The notes below the pieces were generated by a model. That model had not been told where the DNA came from. It saw only the letters and a list, made by a program, of their open reading frames with translations, and ran no database searches. The translations under genes and the position numbers were made by a program. From Spirochaetia bacterium (GTDB lineage Bacteria; Spirochaetota; Spirochaetia; UBA9216), in NCBI GenBank assembly GCA_963677925.2, contig CAXXYH010000003.1, positions 2,112,001 through 2,176,000 on the forward strand: 64,000 nucleotides of DNA, given 5' to 3'. The stretch's first letter is position 1. Each line of letters opens with the position of its first letter. Of the stretch, positions 1-9,887 are shown piece after piece.

Positions 1-976
1 CGGTGATGTCTCTCTGGGCCATCGCCAGCATCTCGTAGCCTACCATAAACTTCTTAACTTCGGCCGAACGCAGCAGTGGCGGATAATAATGAAAGTGAAA
101 ATGGGTTTCCGGATATTCCGCTCCGTCTGTAGGCTTCTGATGAATCCCCATCGAATACGGAAAGGAAGTTGAAAAGAGGTTGTCATAACGGATACCAAGC
201 CTCTTGATTACCGAAGCAAGGTCGGCTCTTTCTGCATGATTCATTTCATCTATCGAAGACATATGCCGCCTAGGCAGGATCATCACCTCATAGGGCCAGA
301 CCGCCCAAAAGGGGACCAGAACTGTGAAACTGCCGGTCTCAAAAACTATCCTATCGCCTGTGCTGCGTTCCTGTTCCAGGTAGTCACACAGAAGGCAACG
401 CCCTGTCTTATCCAGATGCTCCTTCTGATGTTTAAACTCTAGTGACGGCAGATAGGGAATTTTCTCTTCGGCCCAGACCTGTCCATGCGGATGGGGATTC
501 GAGCAGCCCATAACCGCTCCCCTGTTCTCAAATATCTGAACATGATTAATATAATCGAGTTTTCCAAGCTCAAGATACTGCTCAACCCAGACATCAATTA
601 CACCGCGGATATCAGCCTCATCCATCAGGGCCAGGGTAAGATCATGTCTCGGGGAAAAACAGATAACACGGCAGATTCCACGTTCCGCAGTTGCTTTAAG
701 CAGGCCTTCTTCATAATCGAAGGGACTGGTATCCGGTAGTATCGCCATAAAATCATTATCAAAAACAAAGGTTGAGGAATAATCAGGATTCTTTTTTCCC
801 CCTGCCCGGCCGTTCCCCGGACATAGATAGCAGCCGGAATCGTATTGAGGAAGCTTATCCCGGCCTGCCGACTCAACCTGCCCGTTCCAGGGCCGCTGGG
901 TACGGTGAGGCGACACCTTAATCCATTCTCCGGTAAGAATATTTAACCTTCTGTGAGGTGAAGAAGTAAAATCCAT
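1..976 (-). CDS. galT: UDP-glucose--hexose-1-phosphate uridylyltransferase (3' end runs off window)
   Basis: Not in the ORF track; translated by hand. ATG at 976 after AGGAGG gives MDFTSSPHRRLNILTGEWIKVSPHRTQRPWNGQVE..., and the window edge reads ...VKKFMVGYEMLAMAQRDIT. Both are GalT hallmark segments. Confidence 0.93.
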   Translation of the reverse strand, partial: MDFTSSPHRRLNILTGEWIKVSPHRTQRPWNGQVESAGRDKLPQYDSGCYLCPGNGRAGGKKNPDYSSTFVFDNDFMAILPDTSPFDYEEGLLKATAERGICRVICFSPRHDLTLALMDEADIRGVIDVWVEQYLELGKLDYINHVQIFENRGAVMGCSNPHPHGQVWAEEKIPYLPSLEFKHQKEHLDKTGRCLLCDYLEQERSTGDRIVFETGSFTVLVPFWAVWPYEVMILPRRHMSSIDEMNHAERADLASVIKRLGIRYDNLFSTSFPYSMGIHQKPTDGAEYPETHFHFHYYPPLLRSAEVKKFMVGYEMLAMAQRDIT

Positions 977-1033
977 ACTTTCCTCCTATGAATAACCACA
1001 TGGCTGCAGTCTATTGTTTGTTGATTATTTTTA

Positions 1034-1047
1034 TGTACACGTGTACA
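1034..1047. promoter_or_regulatory. LacI-family operator, perfect palindrome TGTACACGTGTACA
   Basis: 14-bp perfect palindrome with central CG, lying between divergent galT and the LacI regulator. Confidence 0.75.
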
Positions 1048-1057
1048 ATAATCCATA

Positions 1058-2080
1058 ATGAACCGGAAATCAAGTATCCAGATGAAGAGCCAGCCTAAAA
1101 ACCCTACAAGAAATGATGTTGCCGCCGCATCGGGAGTGAGCACCGCAACTGTTTCAAGGGTTTACAACAATCCTGAGTCTGTCAGCCCCGACAAGGTGAA
1201 AAAAGTTCTTGAGACAGCGGAAAAACTCGGTTACGAACCTGATAAAAATGCGAGCGCGCTGCGCAGAAACGGGACAGGGATCATCTCACTTGTGCAGCTT
1301 AAGAAGCCCCGGCGCAAGTATTACTGGGCTGATATGCCAGTGTACAAATGGTTCTATGCCGATGTACTAAACGCTGTGAAGGATGTAGTTGACGTCAGCA
1401 TGTACAGCCTGAACCTGTCAACAGTAAGGGAAGAAAGCGATCTGCAGAAACTTAAAGGCCGCTGCGACGGTATAATCTGCTACGATGTGGATACAGCAGA
1501 AGAAGCCCAAATGATTGCCGCAGCCGGTATACCCTACATCATCGGCCATCACACGGCAGGCTTTGAAGGATTCAGCCGGTGCAGTACCGACAACTTCCAC
1601 GGCGGTCGGATGCAGGCGGAAATGCTGAAAGAAAGAGGCTGCCTGCACCCCTTATACCTGACCGGATATCTTGAATCCGTAACCCCTCATACGGACAGAC
1701 TTAATGGCTTTCTTTCCGTCTACAGCGAATATGAAATTGAGATACTCGAAGCAGGTGTCGGGAAGGATGCGGGATATGCAGCAGTTTCAGGAATTTCGGA
1801 AAAACTGAAAGACGGGAGCCTGGACGGGATTGCCTGTGTAAATGATATTACAGCAGTCGGTGCCGGATACGCAGCGGCTGATTCCGGTATAGATATTGGG
1901 AAAATACTGCCTCTTGCAGGCTATGACAACCTGCCGCTTGATTATGTACTGCCTTTTAAAATACTGAGTGTAGATATAATGCCTGACAGAATATATTCAG
2001 AGGGGGCTGCAGCTCTATTGAGCTCGCTTGCAGGCGGGAAGATTGTCAGTAAGACGGTAGTGCCGAAGGCTGTTGGTTAG
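1058..2080 (+). CDS. LacI-family transcriptional regulator (start may be 1082)
   Basis: N-terminal HTH TRNDVAAASGVSTATVSRVYN, hinge YEPDKNASALRR, C-terminal sugar-binding domain (CVNDITAVG, GYDN). Confidence 0.92.
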   Translation: MNRKSSIQMKSQPKNPTRNDVAAASGVSTATVSRVYNNPESVSPDKVKKVLETAEKLGYEPDKNASALRRNGTGIISLVQLKKPRRKYYWADMPVYKWFYADVLNAVKDVVDVSMYSLNLSTVREESDLQKLKGRCDGIICYDVDTAEEAQMIAAAGIPYIIGHHTAGFEGFSRCSTDNFHGGRMQAEMLKERGCLHPLYLTGYLESVTPHTDRLNGFLSVYSEYEIEILEAGVGKDAGYAAVSGISEKLKDGSLDGIACVNDITAVGAGYAAADSGIDIGKILPLAGYDNLPLDYVLPFKILSVDIMPDRIYSEGAAALLSSLAGGKIVSKTVVPKAVG

Positions 2081-2169
2081 GATATATTCTATCCTGACTG
2101 CATAATCCGTGCAAATCTCCGCACCGTGCATACCCGATTTTAATCCGTGGCTAAACCAAGATCTCCAGG

Positions 2170-2227
2170 TTGACAAATATCTTCGGACTGCTTATATTTA
2201 ACATATGAATACATGTTCATATGTTAA
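2170..2227 (+). promoter_or_regulatory. sigma70 promoter plus SmtB/ArsR operator
   Basis: TTGACA(2170)-17 bp-TATATT(2193); perfect inverted repeat TTAACATATGAA-N6-TTCATATGTTAA at 2198-2227. Confidence 0.85.
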
Positions 2228-2236
2228 GGAGTACTC

Positions 2237-2590
2237 ATGAGCGACCTGGAAGAAAAAATATCCTGTAATCTGACAGAACACGATGCAGCAGAGCTGAAGC
2301 AAGGCCTTCCGGTGGAGGAGGAGCTGCAGGACCTGTCTGAGTTCTTCAAGGTATTCGGTGATCAGAACAGGCTCAAGCTGCTGTTCCTGCTGAAAAGCGG
2401 AGAATACTGCGTCCACGACTTATCTGTGATAATGGAGATGCAGCAGACTGCGGTAAGCCATCAGCTGAAAATGCTCAGACAGGCAAGACTGGTGAAGTAC
2501 AGAAAAGAAGGCAAAATGGTCTTCTACTCGCTCAACGACGGACACATTGAAGAAATTCTGGCGACAGGCCTTAAACATATAAACGAATAG
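2237..2590 (+). CDS. ArsR/SmtB metalloregulator (alpha5-type, Zn/Co/Cd sensing)
   Basis: FKVFGDQNRLKLL, AVSHQLKMLRQARLV; alpha5 site D-x-H-x10-H-x2-E (DGHIEEILATGLKHINE). Confidence 0.92.
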   Translation: MSDLEEKISCNLTEHDAAELKQGLPVEEELQDLSEFFKVFGDQNRLKLLFLLKSGEYCVHDLSVIMEMQQTAVSHQLKMLRQARLVKYRKEGKMVFYSLNDGHIEEILATGLKHINE

Positions 2591-2600
2591 GAGCTAAATA

Positions 2601-3908
2601 ATGGTACTTGAATACATTGGTTTATTTTTTAAAGAAGTATATTTCCTGTTTTTTGAAATGGCTCCGTACCTGGTACTCGGCCTTCTAATATCAGGGTTAC
2701 TGCATGTATTTCTAAGCAAGGATTTTGTTATAAAACACGTAGGCGGACATAACCTGTCATCAGTATTTAAAGCCGCACTGTTCGGAGTACCGCTGCCGCT
2801 CTGTTCATGCGGTGTTGTACCCACGGCTGTATATCTGAAAAACTCGGGCGCATCAAAGCCTGCTGTAACTTCATTCCTTATATCGACACCACAGACAGGC
2901 ATAGACAGTATTGCCGCTACGTGGGGGATGCTGGGTCCGCTTTTTGCCGTCTTTAAGGCAATTGCAGCTCTCTTAATGGGAACAGCCGGCGGAATAGTTG
3001 ATTTTCTGGCTACAGGGAAACGGTATTCCAAAGCAGAGCAGCAAAATGAGGATGAGGTTTTTACCAGAAAGGTAAACACTGCAGCTGCGATTGAATATAA
3101 AGGCTTTAAATCAAAACTGAAGGAAATGTTTAATTACGCAACATTTGAACTGCTTGATGATATTGCTGTCAACTTTGTTATAGGCCTTGCCATTGCGGCT
3201 GTTATTTCCATCGTAATACCTGATGAATTTTTCAGCGGCTCATTTCTCTCTAATAAATTCGTTGCCATGGTCCTGATGGTTGTGATTGGAATACCGATGT
3301 ATATATGCTCAACTTCAAGCATACCAATAGCTGTAGCACTGCTTGCGAAGGGTGTTTCACCGGGGGCTGCTTATGTATTTCTTGTAGCCGGCCCTGCGAC
3401 CAACGCAGCCTCACTGGCAATCATAAGCAAAACACTTGGTAAAAACAGCGCTATTCGATACGTGGCAACAATAGTAGCAGGAAGTCTTATTTTCGGTTTC
3501 CTGATGGATACCATATTTACCGCCATGGGCGTATCACCGATAAGCGGTGCATTGAACAATATTCATGAAGAAGCAGACCCCGGCTGGTTTACTATCTCTG
3601 TTTCACTGCTTCTTTTTGCGGCACTTGTATTTCTGTTTGGAAGAAGATTCAGGATGTTTGCATTACGGAGGAAAAACAAATCAACTCAGGCTCAGAACGC
3701 AGATAACGGAGATTCAGTCAGAATATGCATCCAGGGCATGGACTGCGGGCACTGTGCTGCGAGTGTGGAGCAGGCTCTTAATACAGTAAAAGGGATTGAT
3801 AAAATCAAAATCAACCTTAACGATCAGAGTGCTACATTAGAGGGTGATTTTTCACTCGAAGAGGCATCGGATGCTGTCCGAAAGGCTGGTTATGAAGTAG
3901 CAAAATGA
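2601..3908 (+). CDS. DUF318/SO_0444-type metal permease with C-terminal HMA domain
   Basis: PLPLCSCGVVP, STPQTG, IPMYICST and AGPATN motifs; C-terminal GMDCGHCA heavy-metal-associated motif. Confidence 0.88.
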   Translation: MVLEYIGLFFKEVYFLFFEMAPYLVLGLLISGLLHVFLSKDFVIKHVGGHNLSSVFKAALFGVPLPLCSCGVVPTAVYLKNSGASKPAVTSFLISTPQTGIDSIAATWGMLGPLFAVFKAIAALLMGTAGGIVDFLATGKRYSKAEQQNEDEVFTRKVNTAAAIEYKGFKSKLKEMFNYATFELLDDIAVNFVIGLAIAAVISIVIPDEFFSGSFLSNKFVAMVLMVVIGIPMYICSTSSIPIAVALLAKGVSPGAAYVFLVAGPATNAASLAIISKTLGKNSAIRYVATIVAGSLIFGFLMDTIFTAMGVSPISGALNNIHEEADPGWFTISVSLLLFAALVFLFGRRFRMFALRRKNKSTQAQNADNGDSVRICIQGMDCGHCAASVEQALNTVKGIDKIKINLNDQSATLEGDFSLEEASDAVRKAGYEVAK

Positions 3909-4008
3909 GTTTCTGACGACATGCCCGATTTCTCTGCTATTAAAATAAATGCGGATATTTGATTTTGAACTAGCCACAAATTAGACTTTAAATTACAGGA
4001 GTTCAAAT

Positions 4009-4716
4009 ATGAAAAGAATACTGATATTCACTATCATTCTTGTTTCTCTTACTGCAGGATGCACAGATCAGACTAATTCAACATCTCTGATCTTCCAATC
4101 AAGCAATACAGCTCTTGCAGCGAGAAGCCGCAGTGTTGAGATGGACACTGGAATTGAAATTACAAAATTCATCCTATCCATAAGAGAAGTCGAGTTCAAA
4201 CTAGATGAAACATCAACAGCAGCTTCCGATATATTCTTTGATGGACCATATGTAATTGACCTCATTGACTCTACAGGAGCTCTCTCTCAGACCATTGGTG
4301 CAGCAGAGATTCCTCCTGCCACCTACCAGACTCTCAGATTTAAGCTTCATAAATCTACTGACACAGCAGATCCAGATATCACAGACCGATCTATTTTCAT
4401 AGCAGGCACCATTGACAGCGTCCCCTTTGAAATGTGGCATGATGCAAGTGAGAATCTTGATATCGCAGAATCTACCGGTATAACAGTAGCAGAGGGGGCT
4501 GTGGATGTCGTTATAGATTTTAACATAAGAGCCTTCCTGGACCAGTCTGCCAATGCCGCCGACGGAGGAACCCTTATAGATCTCAGTACAGCAACAGACG
4601 ATGACTCTGATGGAACTATCGAAATAAACCCAAATTCGGAAGACAGTAATACAAACAAGGATCTTGCGGATGCACTCAAGGATAACATAAAACTTGTAGC
4701 AGATTTAATTGAATAA
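4009..4716 (+). CDS. Lipoprotein, DUF4382-like
   Basis: Lipobox LTAGC; acidic beta-rich body (GPYVIDL, IPPATYQTLRFKLHK, VVIDFN). Confidence 0.6.
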   Translation: MKRILIFTIILVSLTAGCTDQTNSTSLIFQSSNTALAARSRSVEMDTGIEITKFILSIREVEFKLDETSTAASDIFFDGPYVIDLIDSTGALSQTIGAAEIPPATYQTLRFKLHKSTDTADPDITDRSIFIAGTIDSVPFEMWHDASENLDIAESTGITVAEGAVDVVIDFNIRAFLDQSANAADGGTLIDLSTATDDDSDGTIEINPNSEDSNTNKDLADALKDNIKLVADLIE

Positions 4717-4737
4717 ATTATCATTATAACAGGATAA

Positions 4738-4771
4738 GTGCAGCCGGGAGGTCTCTACCTTCCAGCTGCGC
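4738..4771. terminator. Hairpin between convergent genes, probable terminator
   Basis: GCAGCCGGGAGGT-CTCT-ACCTTCCAGCTGC imperfect stem; weak U-tract. Confidence 0.45.
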
Positions 4772-4794
4772 CTTTAATATATATACTAAGGAAA

Positions 4795-6102
4795 CTATTC
4801 AATTACATCATATACAAGCGACAGAGTCTCCGGCTTTGAGTCTTCAATATTTATCGCCCTCAAAAAACGGGCTTCCGCTTCTTTCAGGTTCTTTTCATCA
4901 TTCACATGAAAAACAGCGAGAACATCTCCGGTTTTAACTTCATCACCGATTCTCTTCCTCATCCACAGACCTACTGCAGGATCAATGACATCTTCTTTGG
5001 TCTGCCGGCCGGCACCGAGAAGCATTGCGGATAATCCGATTTCGGCATTCTCCATACTTGTAATCCATCCGCTGGATGCAGATTTAACTTCAATGGTTTT
5101 TGAAGCCTGAGGCAGACGCTTTATGTCTTTAGTAACCGAAGCATCACCGCCCTGGGCCTCTATCATTGAAGCAAGGCATTCGAGGGCCTTACCTGAAGCA
5201 AGCACAGTTTCAAGCATTCCCTCTGCTTGTTCAATATTTTCAGCAAGGTTTGAAACTACCAGCATCCTGGATGCCAGAGCCATTGAAACCTTCCGCAAAT
5301 CGCCGTTCTTATGCTGGCCGGAGAGAATCTCTATCGCCTCCTGAACCTCCAGGGCATTTCCCACTGCATCACCCAGGGGCTGGTTCATATCAGTAACAAG
5401 GGCTACAGTTTTCCTTCCGGCCATATTGCCTATATCTACCATAGCCCGGCCCAGAGCCTTAGAATCTTCAAGCTTAACCATAAAGGCGCCGCTGCCTGTC
5501 TTTACATCAAGGACTATTGCATCACTGCCGGAGGCAAGCTTCTTACTCATTATACTTGCCGCAATAAGAGACATATTATCAACAGTTGCAGTCACATCCC
5601 TTAACGCATAGAGCTTCTTATCAGCCGGAACAAGATTGGCTGTCTGCCCTATTACCGAAACGCCTATGCTGTTTACTATATCCTGAAAGTTTTCCATAGA
5701 CTGTTCTATGGAAAGCCCGGGTATCGATTCAAGCTTATCTAGCGTACCGCCGGTATGGCCCAGGCCCCGGCCGGACATCTTGGCAACCTTACCGCCGCAG
5801 GCGGCAACAAGAGGAGCTGCAACCAGTGTTGTTGTATCTGCCACGCCGCCGGTTGAATGCTTATCAACCTTGATTCCACTGATACCTGAAAGATCGATGG
5901 TATCACCGGAAGCCACCATAGAAAGAGTGAGATCTGTAGTTTCGCGTGCATTCATCCCACGGTACCATATAGCCATCAAAAGCGCCGATATCTGATAATC
6001 AGGAATACTGCCGCCGACATATCCTTCAATAAAAAAATCTATTTCTTCCTTTGAAAGCTCACCGCCGTTTCTTTTTTTCAGAATTATATCGGTTATATGC
6101 AT
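4795..6102 (-). CDS. pdp: Pyrimidine-nucleoside/thymidine phosphorylase
   Basis: DKHSTGGV, KMSGRGLGHTGGTLDKLESIPG, PADKKLYALRDVT, SIMSKK motifs. Confidence 0.95.
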   Translation of the reverse strand: MHITDIILKKRNGGELSKEEIDFFIEGYVGGSIPDYQISALLMAIWYRGMNARETTDLTLSMVASGDTIDLSGISGIKVDKHSTGGVADTTTLVAAPLVAACGGKVAKMSGRGLGHTGGTLDKLESIPGLSIEQSMENFQDIVNSIGVSVIGQTANLVPADKKLYALRDVTATVDNMSLIAASIMSKKLASGSDAIVLDVKTGSGAFMVKLEDSKALGRAMVDIGNMAGRKTVALVTDMNQPLGDAVGNALEVQEAIEILSGQHKNGDLRKVSMALASRMLVVSNLAENIEQAEGMLETVLASGKALECLASMIEAQGGDASVTKDIKRLPQASKTIEVKSASSGWITSMENAEIGLSAMLLGAGRQTKEDVIDPAVGLWMRKRIGDEVKTGDVLAVFHVNDEKNLKEAEARFLRAINIEDSKPETLSLVYDVIE

Positions 6103-6217
6103 TGAAAACCCCCTTATATCAGTATCGTATATAAAGTGTAAATATCAATGCTTTTTTGAAAGAGACTGCAATTACCGATACTATTGTTTTAGTTTTGATA
6201 CCTTAATATAATACCCC

Positions 6218-7114
6218 ATGGCCAATAAAACAGATACTAAAATAACCGAAATTGCAGATAACCTTTATCACATTTATGATTCACTCGATGTATTTTATTC
6301 ACTCATATTGGGAACAGAATACGCACTTCTTATAGATTCCGGCTACGGATTCGGCAATGTATATGAAACAGTCAGAACCCTCACCGATCTTCCGCTCCGC
6401 GTAATAAACACACATGGACACATTGATCACATTCAGGGAAATGTCCACTTCAAAGAAGTGCTTATTCATAAAGATGATTTTAAAATATACGGAAAGCATT
6501 CATCTCTTATCATGAAGGCCGGACTTTATATGAATGTAAAAAACATTCTGCCTCCGGAACAGAAAGGATTTTTGAAGTATCTGAAGCCAATCACTAAAAA
6601 ACTGAAAGCTGTATCCGACGGAGAGATAATTGAGCTTGGGAATCGTGAGGTTGAGATCATACACACCCCCGGTCACACAAAAGGATCAATCTGTATTCTG
6701 GATAAGAAAACTAGAACACTTATCTCAGGAGACTCCTTTTCCAGCCATATATGGCTCTGTCTTGATGAATCTACAAGCATTTCAGAGTATGTAGACACAG
6801 TTGAAAAAGTCATAAACAGAAGTTCCGACTTTGATGAAATGATCTCTTCACACTCGCTTGCCAGGTTTAAACCGACCATCCTTCCAAAAATTAAGCATTG
6901 TGCTGAAAATGTTTCAATTGAAAAAAGCCGCAGCTATATGGCTGCACTTGCAGGAGAATCATTGATATACAAGGAAGGTTTTGAGGAAGTGACAAAAAGA
7001 TACGGATTTAAAAACTTCAACGAGTTCATCATGCACGTAGCTGAGGTTCCGATCGAAGAGATTGCCGAAATCGAATTCACATCGATAGTTTATAAACCTG
7101 AAAAACTGAAATAA
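6218..7114 (+). CDS. MBL-fold metallo-hydrolase
   Basis: THGHIDHIQG (HxHxDH), TPGHTKGS, SGD. Confidence 0.88.
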   Translation: MANKTDTKITEIADNLYHIYDSLDVFYSLILGTEYALLIDSGYGFGNVYETVRTLTDLPLRVINTHGHIDHIQGNVHFKEVLIHKDDFKIYGKHSSLIMKAGLYMNVKNILPPEQKGFLKYLKPITKKLKAVSDGEIIELGNREVEIIHTPGHTKGSICILDKKTRTLISGDSFSSHIWLCLDESTSISEYVDTVEKVINRSSDFDEMISSHSLARFKPTILPKIKHCAENVSIEKSRSYMAALAGESLIYKEGFEEVTKRYGFKNFNEFIMHVAEVPIEEIAEIEFTSIVYKPEKLK

Positions 7115-7172
7115 TCATTTCACTCCTCCCACTTTCATGAGTAACTTAGTAATATACAGGGAGTGTATTGAA

Positions 7173-7619
7173 ATGGATAGAATTATTGTCAAAAAATCAA
7201 TTCTGAACTGCTCTGCCGAGCAGGCGTTTAAACTCTTCACCGACAATCAAGCACTCGAAACGTGGCTGACTGAAAAAGCCGATGTCGAACCCAAAGTCCA
7301 TGGCAAATATGAATTATACTGGAATCCGGATAAGCCTGAAGAAAACAGCACGATAGGATGCAGAATACTTGATATTGAATCACCTTACCACCTTAACTTT
7401 GAATGGAAGGGGCCTCCTCAATTTGCTGCTGTAATGAATAAATTACGCCCTTTAACAAATGTTACTGTTTTCTTCTTTCCAAAGGATAATGGAACACAGA
7501 TAAATCTGATTCATACTGGATGGGGTGATTCAAAAGAGTGGGAAGAAGCAAGGCAGTTTTTCATTCATGCATGGGACAGGGCTTTTTCCCGGCTCGAAGA
7601 ATATATGCAGCAGCTTTAA
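7173..7619 (+). CDS. SRPBCC/AHSA1-domain protein
   Basis: AFKLFTDNQALETW...LNFEW...GTQINLIHTGW...W pattern; ATG at 7173 follows a GGGAG RBS. Confidence 0.85.
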   Translation: MDRIIVKKSILNCSAEQAFKLFTDNQALETWLTEKADVEPKVHGKYELYWNPDKPEENSTIGCRILDIESPYHLNFEWKGPPQFAAVMNKLRPLTNVTVFFFPKDNGTQINLIHTGWGDSKEWEEARQFFIHAWDRAFSRLEEYMQQL

Positions 7620-7672
7620 GACTCCTTCTATATGTAAAAAAGTCCTTGCCCGCAGTAATTTTCTAAAATAAA

Positions 7673-9874
7673 ATGTTCCACATGTTAATTATACCCAAGT
7701 TTTTAAGTCCCGGCCCCTACCTTACTACGGCCAATCTGTTTCTCGGAATGATTCTTATGGCAGTTCTCAACTGCCTGCTCACCGGCATCAAAAGCCGTGA
7801 TCGCAATTATCTTGATCTATCACTGTTCTTCACAGGAGCTTTTATAAATGCAGTAAGCAATCTGTATTCACACTTTTTCATACCGACGGTTGAACCATAC
7901 ATAGGGTCCTGGCTGTCTCTTTTTGCCTTCACCCTTTTTTCATATAATTATCTGAATATTAAAAACAGGCAGGCTCTTAAGACAGGAAGAAATATTGTAG
8001 CCAGTTTATGCATCTTTTTTATAATACTTTCAATCATCCATCCATTTGCAGCCGGATCTATAAATAAACTGATTATTTCTATAATGGATATCTCCGCAAG
8101 CGGTGTCATTTTAATTCTGCTTGTGCCTTTAATAATTCTCAGGACCGGGGGTAATAAAAAGGCAGGAACACTTATCTTTTTTGAAGCATTGATGATTCTC
8201 GGTGCAATATCCGCAATGGGTATTTTCAAGGATGCAGTTGCTGAGGCAGGCATCCCGACACCGCTGCTGGATGGAAACTTTTTATTCCTCACAGGCATGG
8301 TTTTCAACGGACTGCTGTTTCCATTTATTCTCGGTTCCGAGATGACCGAATTGAAAGTGAACCATGCACTCGCAGAGAGGGAAAAGCTTAAACTTCAACA
8401 GATGGATATAGCAAAAAACGACTTTATGATGAATATTTCACATGAACTGCGAACTCCGGTAACTATAATCAACGGTATAATTCATCAGCTAAGAACCGGC
8501 CGATGGGGCAATTCAATAGAGGCTGCCGACAATCAATTTGAAATAATCGAGCGTAATAACCTGCGTCTAATAAAACAGATAAACGGCCTGCTTGAACTTT
8601 CGCAACTGGAGCAGCATAAGTTTACTCTTAAACCGGCAGAAATGAATCTTGAGGCGAAACTGGCTATTTTTACTGCAGAACTGCAGTCAGCAGCAGAACA
8701 AAAAGAGATTACTATTGCATCAGAAACTGATGAAGGTCTAAAACTATGCGCTGATCCGCATCTTTTTGACACTGCTATATTAAACCTGATCAGTAATGCG
8801 ATAAAGTTCACACAGCCCGGAGGAATGATCCGTCTTAGGGCTTCCAGGCATCATAATCAGATCAATATTGATGTTTCAGATAATGGGCCGGGAATCCCGT
8901 ATGAACAGCAGGACAGGATATTCAACCGCTTTCAGCAAGTCGAAACTGCTGAAAGCTCCTTGTGGAGAGGCGCCGGAATAGGCTTATCTCTTGTAAAAGG
9001 GATAATGGAACTTCATGAAGGAAAAATAAAACTTACCAGCAGCCCGGGACAAGGCAGCACTTTTTCACTGATATTTCCATATACTGAGGCTGAAAACATT
9101 CAAAAAGAAAAAATCCGTCATGATTCAATGCTGTCTGCATACAGGGCGGATCTGCAAACCGCTATCGCTGAAGACAATCCTCAAATAACCGAACCGGCGG
9201 CTCTAAACCGTGACAGACATTCTTTACTTCTCGTTGAAGACAATAAGGATCTGCTGAATTACCTTAAGAATGAATTATCTGATACTTTTACAATCACAAC
9301 AGCCTCTAACGGACAGCTCGCTCTGGAAATTTTAAAATCGTTTAAACCTTCAATAATTATAAGCGATGTTATGATGCCGGAGATGGATGGCCGGCAGCTT
9401 TACCGGGAGATTCGCAAGAATATTGAATACAAAAAAATTCCTTTTCTATTTTTAACAGCACGTAATTCTGCTGATGAGAAAATTGAAGCTCTTAATGACG
9501 GAGCTGTGGACTACATCGGCAAGCCTTTTTCAATCGAAGAACTCAAAGCCAAGGCTTCTGCAATAATTGAATCTGTAAAACTTAGCACTGAAAATTATAA
9601 AAAGAATTTGAAGAATTCAGTGATTGAGTTTATCGACAACTACAGCAGTGAACATAGCCGTCAGCCAGGAAATGAATTCAAAAAAGTATGCAGTGAAAAA
9701 GAACTGACCACGCGTGAATGTGAAATTGCAGCTTTGCTTAGAAAGGGGCTGAGCGATAAGGAGATCGCAGCGGAATTAAATTTGTCAGTAAAAACAATAA
9801 GCAATTACAACACCTCTGTCTTCCGGAAACTTGAGGTAACCGGAAGATCAGAGCTGATTGCATTAAACAGATAA
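7673..9874 (+). CDS. Hybrid sensor/regulator: 7TM + HisKA/HATPase + receiver + LuxR HTH
   Basis: About 7 TM segments; SHELRTP, NLISNAIKFT, DNGPGI, GAGIGL; REC (LVEDN, SDVMMP, KPF); C-terminal LTTRECEIAALLRKGLSDKEIAAELNLSVKTI. Confidence 0.9.
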   Translation: MFHMLIIPKFLSPGPYLTTANLFLGMILMAVLNCLLTGIKSRDRNYLDLSLFFTGAFINAVSNLYSHFFIPTVEPYIGSWLSLFAFTLFSYNYLNIKNRQALKTGRNIVASLCIFFIILSIIHPFAAGSINKLIISIMDISASGVILILLVPLIILRTGGNKKAGTLIFFEALMILGAISAMGIFKDAVAEAGIPTPLLDGNFLFLTGMVFNGLLFPFILGSEMTELKVNHALAEREKLKLQQMDIAKNDFMMNISHELRTPVTIINGIIHQLRTGRWGNSIEAADNQFEIIERNNLRLIKQINGLLELSQLEQHKFTLKPAEMNLEAKLAIFTAELQSAAEQKEITIASETDEGLKLCADPHLFDTAILNLISNAIKFTQPGGMIRLRASRHHNQINIDVSDNGPGIPYEQQDRIFNRFQQVETAESSLWRGAGIGLSLVKGIMELHEGKIKLTSSPGQGSTFSLIFPYTEAENIQKEKIRHDSMLSAYRADLQTAIAEDNPQITEPAALNRDRHSLLLVEDNKDLLNYLKNELSDTFTITTASNGQLALEILKSFKPSIIISDVMMPEMDGRQLYREIRKNIEYKKIPFLFLTARNSADEKIEALNDGAVDYIGKPFSIEELKAKASAIIESVKLSTENYKKNLKNSVIEFIDNYSSEHSRQPGNEFKKVCSEKELTTRECEIAALLRKGLSDKEIAAELNLSVKTISNYNTSVFRKLEVTGRSELIALNR

Positions 9875-9887
9875 GCTACCTGCAGAA

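Noticed and set aside
236-876. Short ORFs at 236, 485 (+) and 625 (-)
   Set aside because: They are shadow or alternate frames of the real minus-strand galT gene, which the ORF track missed because it runs off the window.
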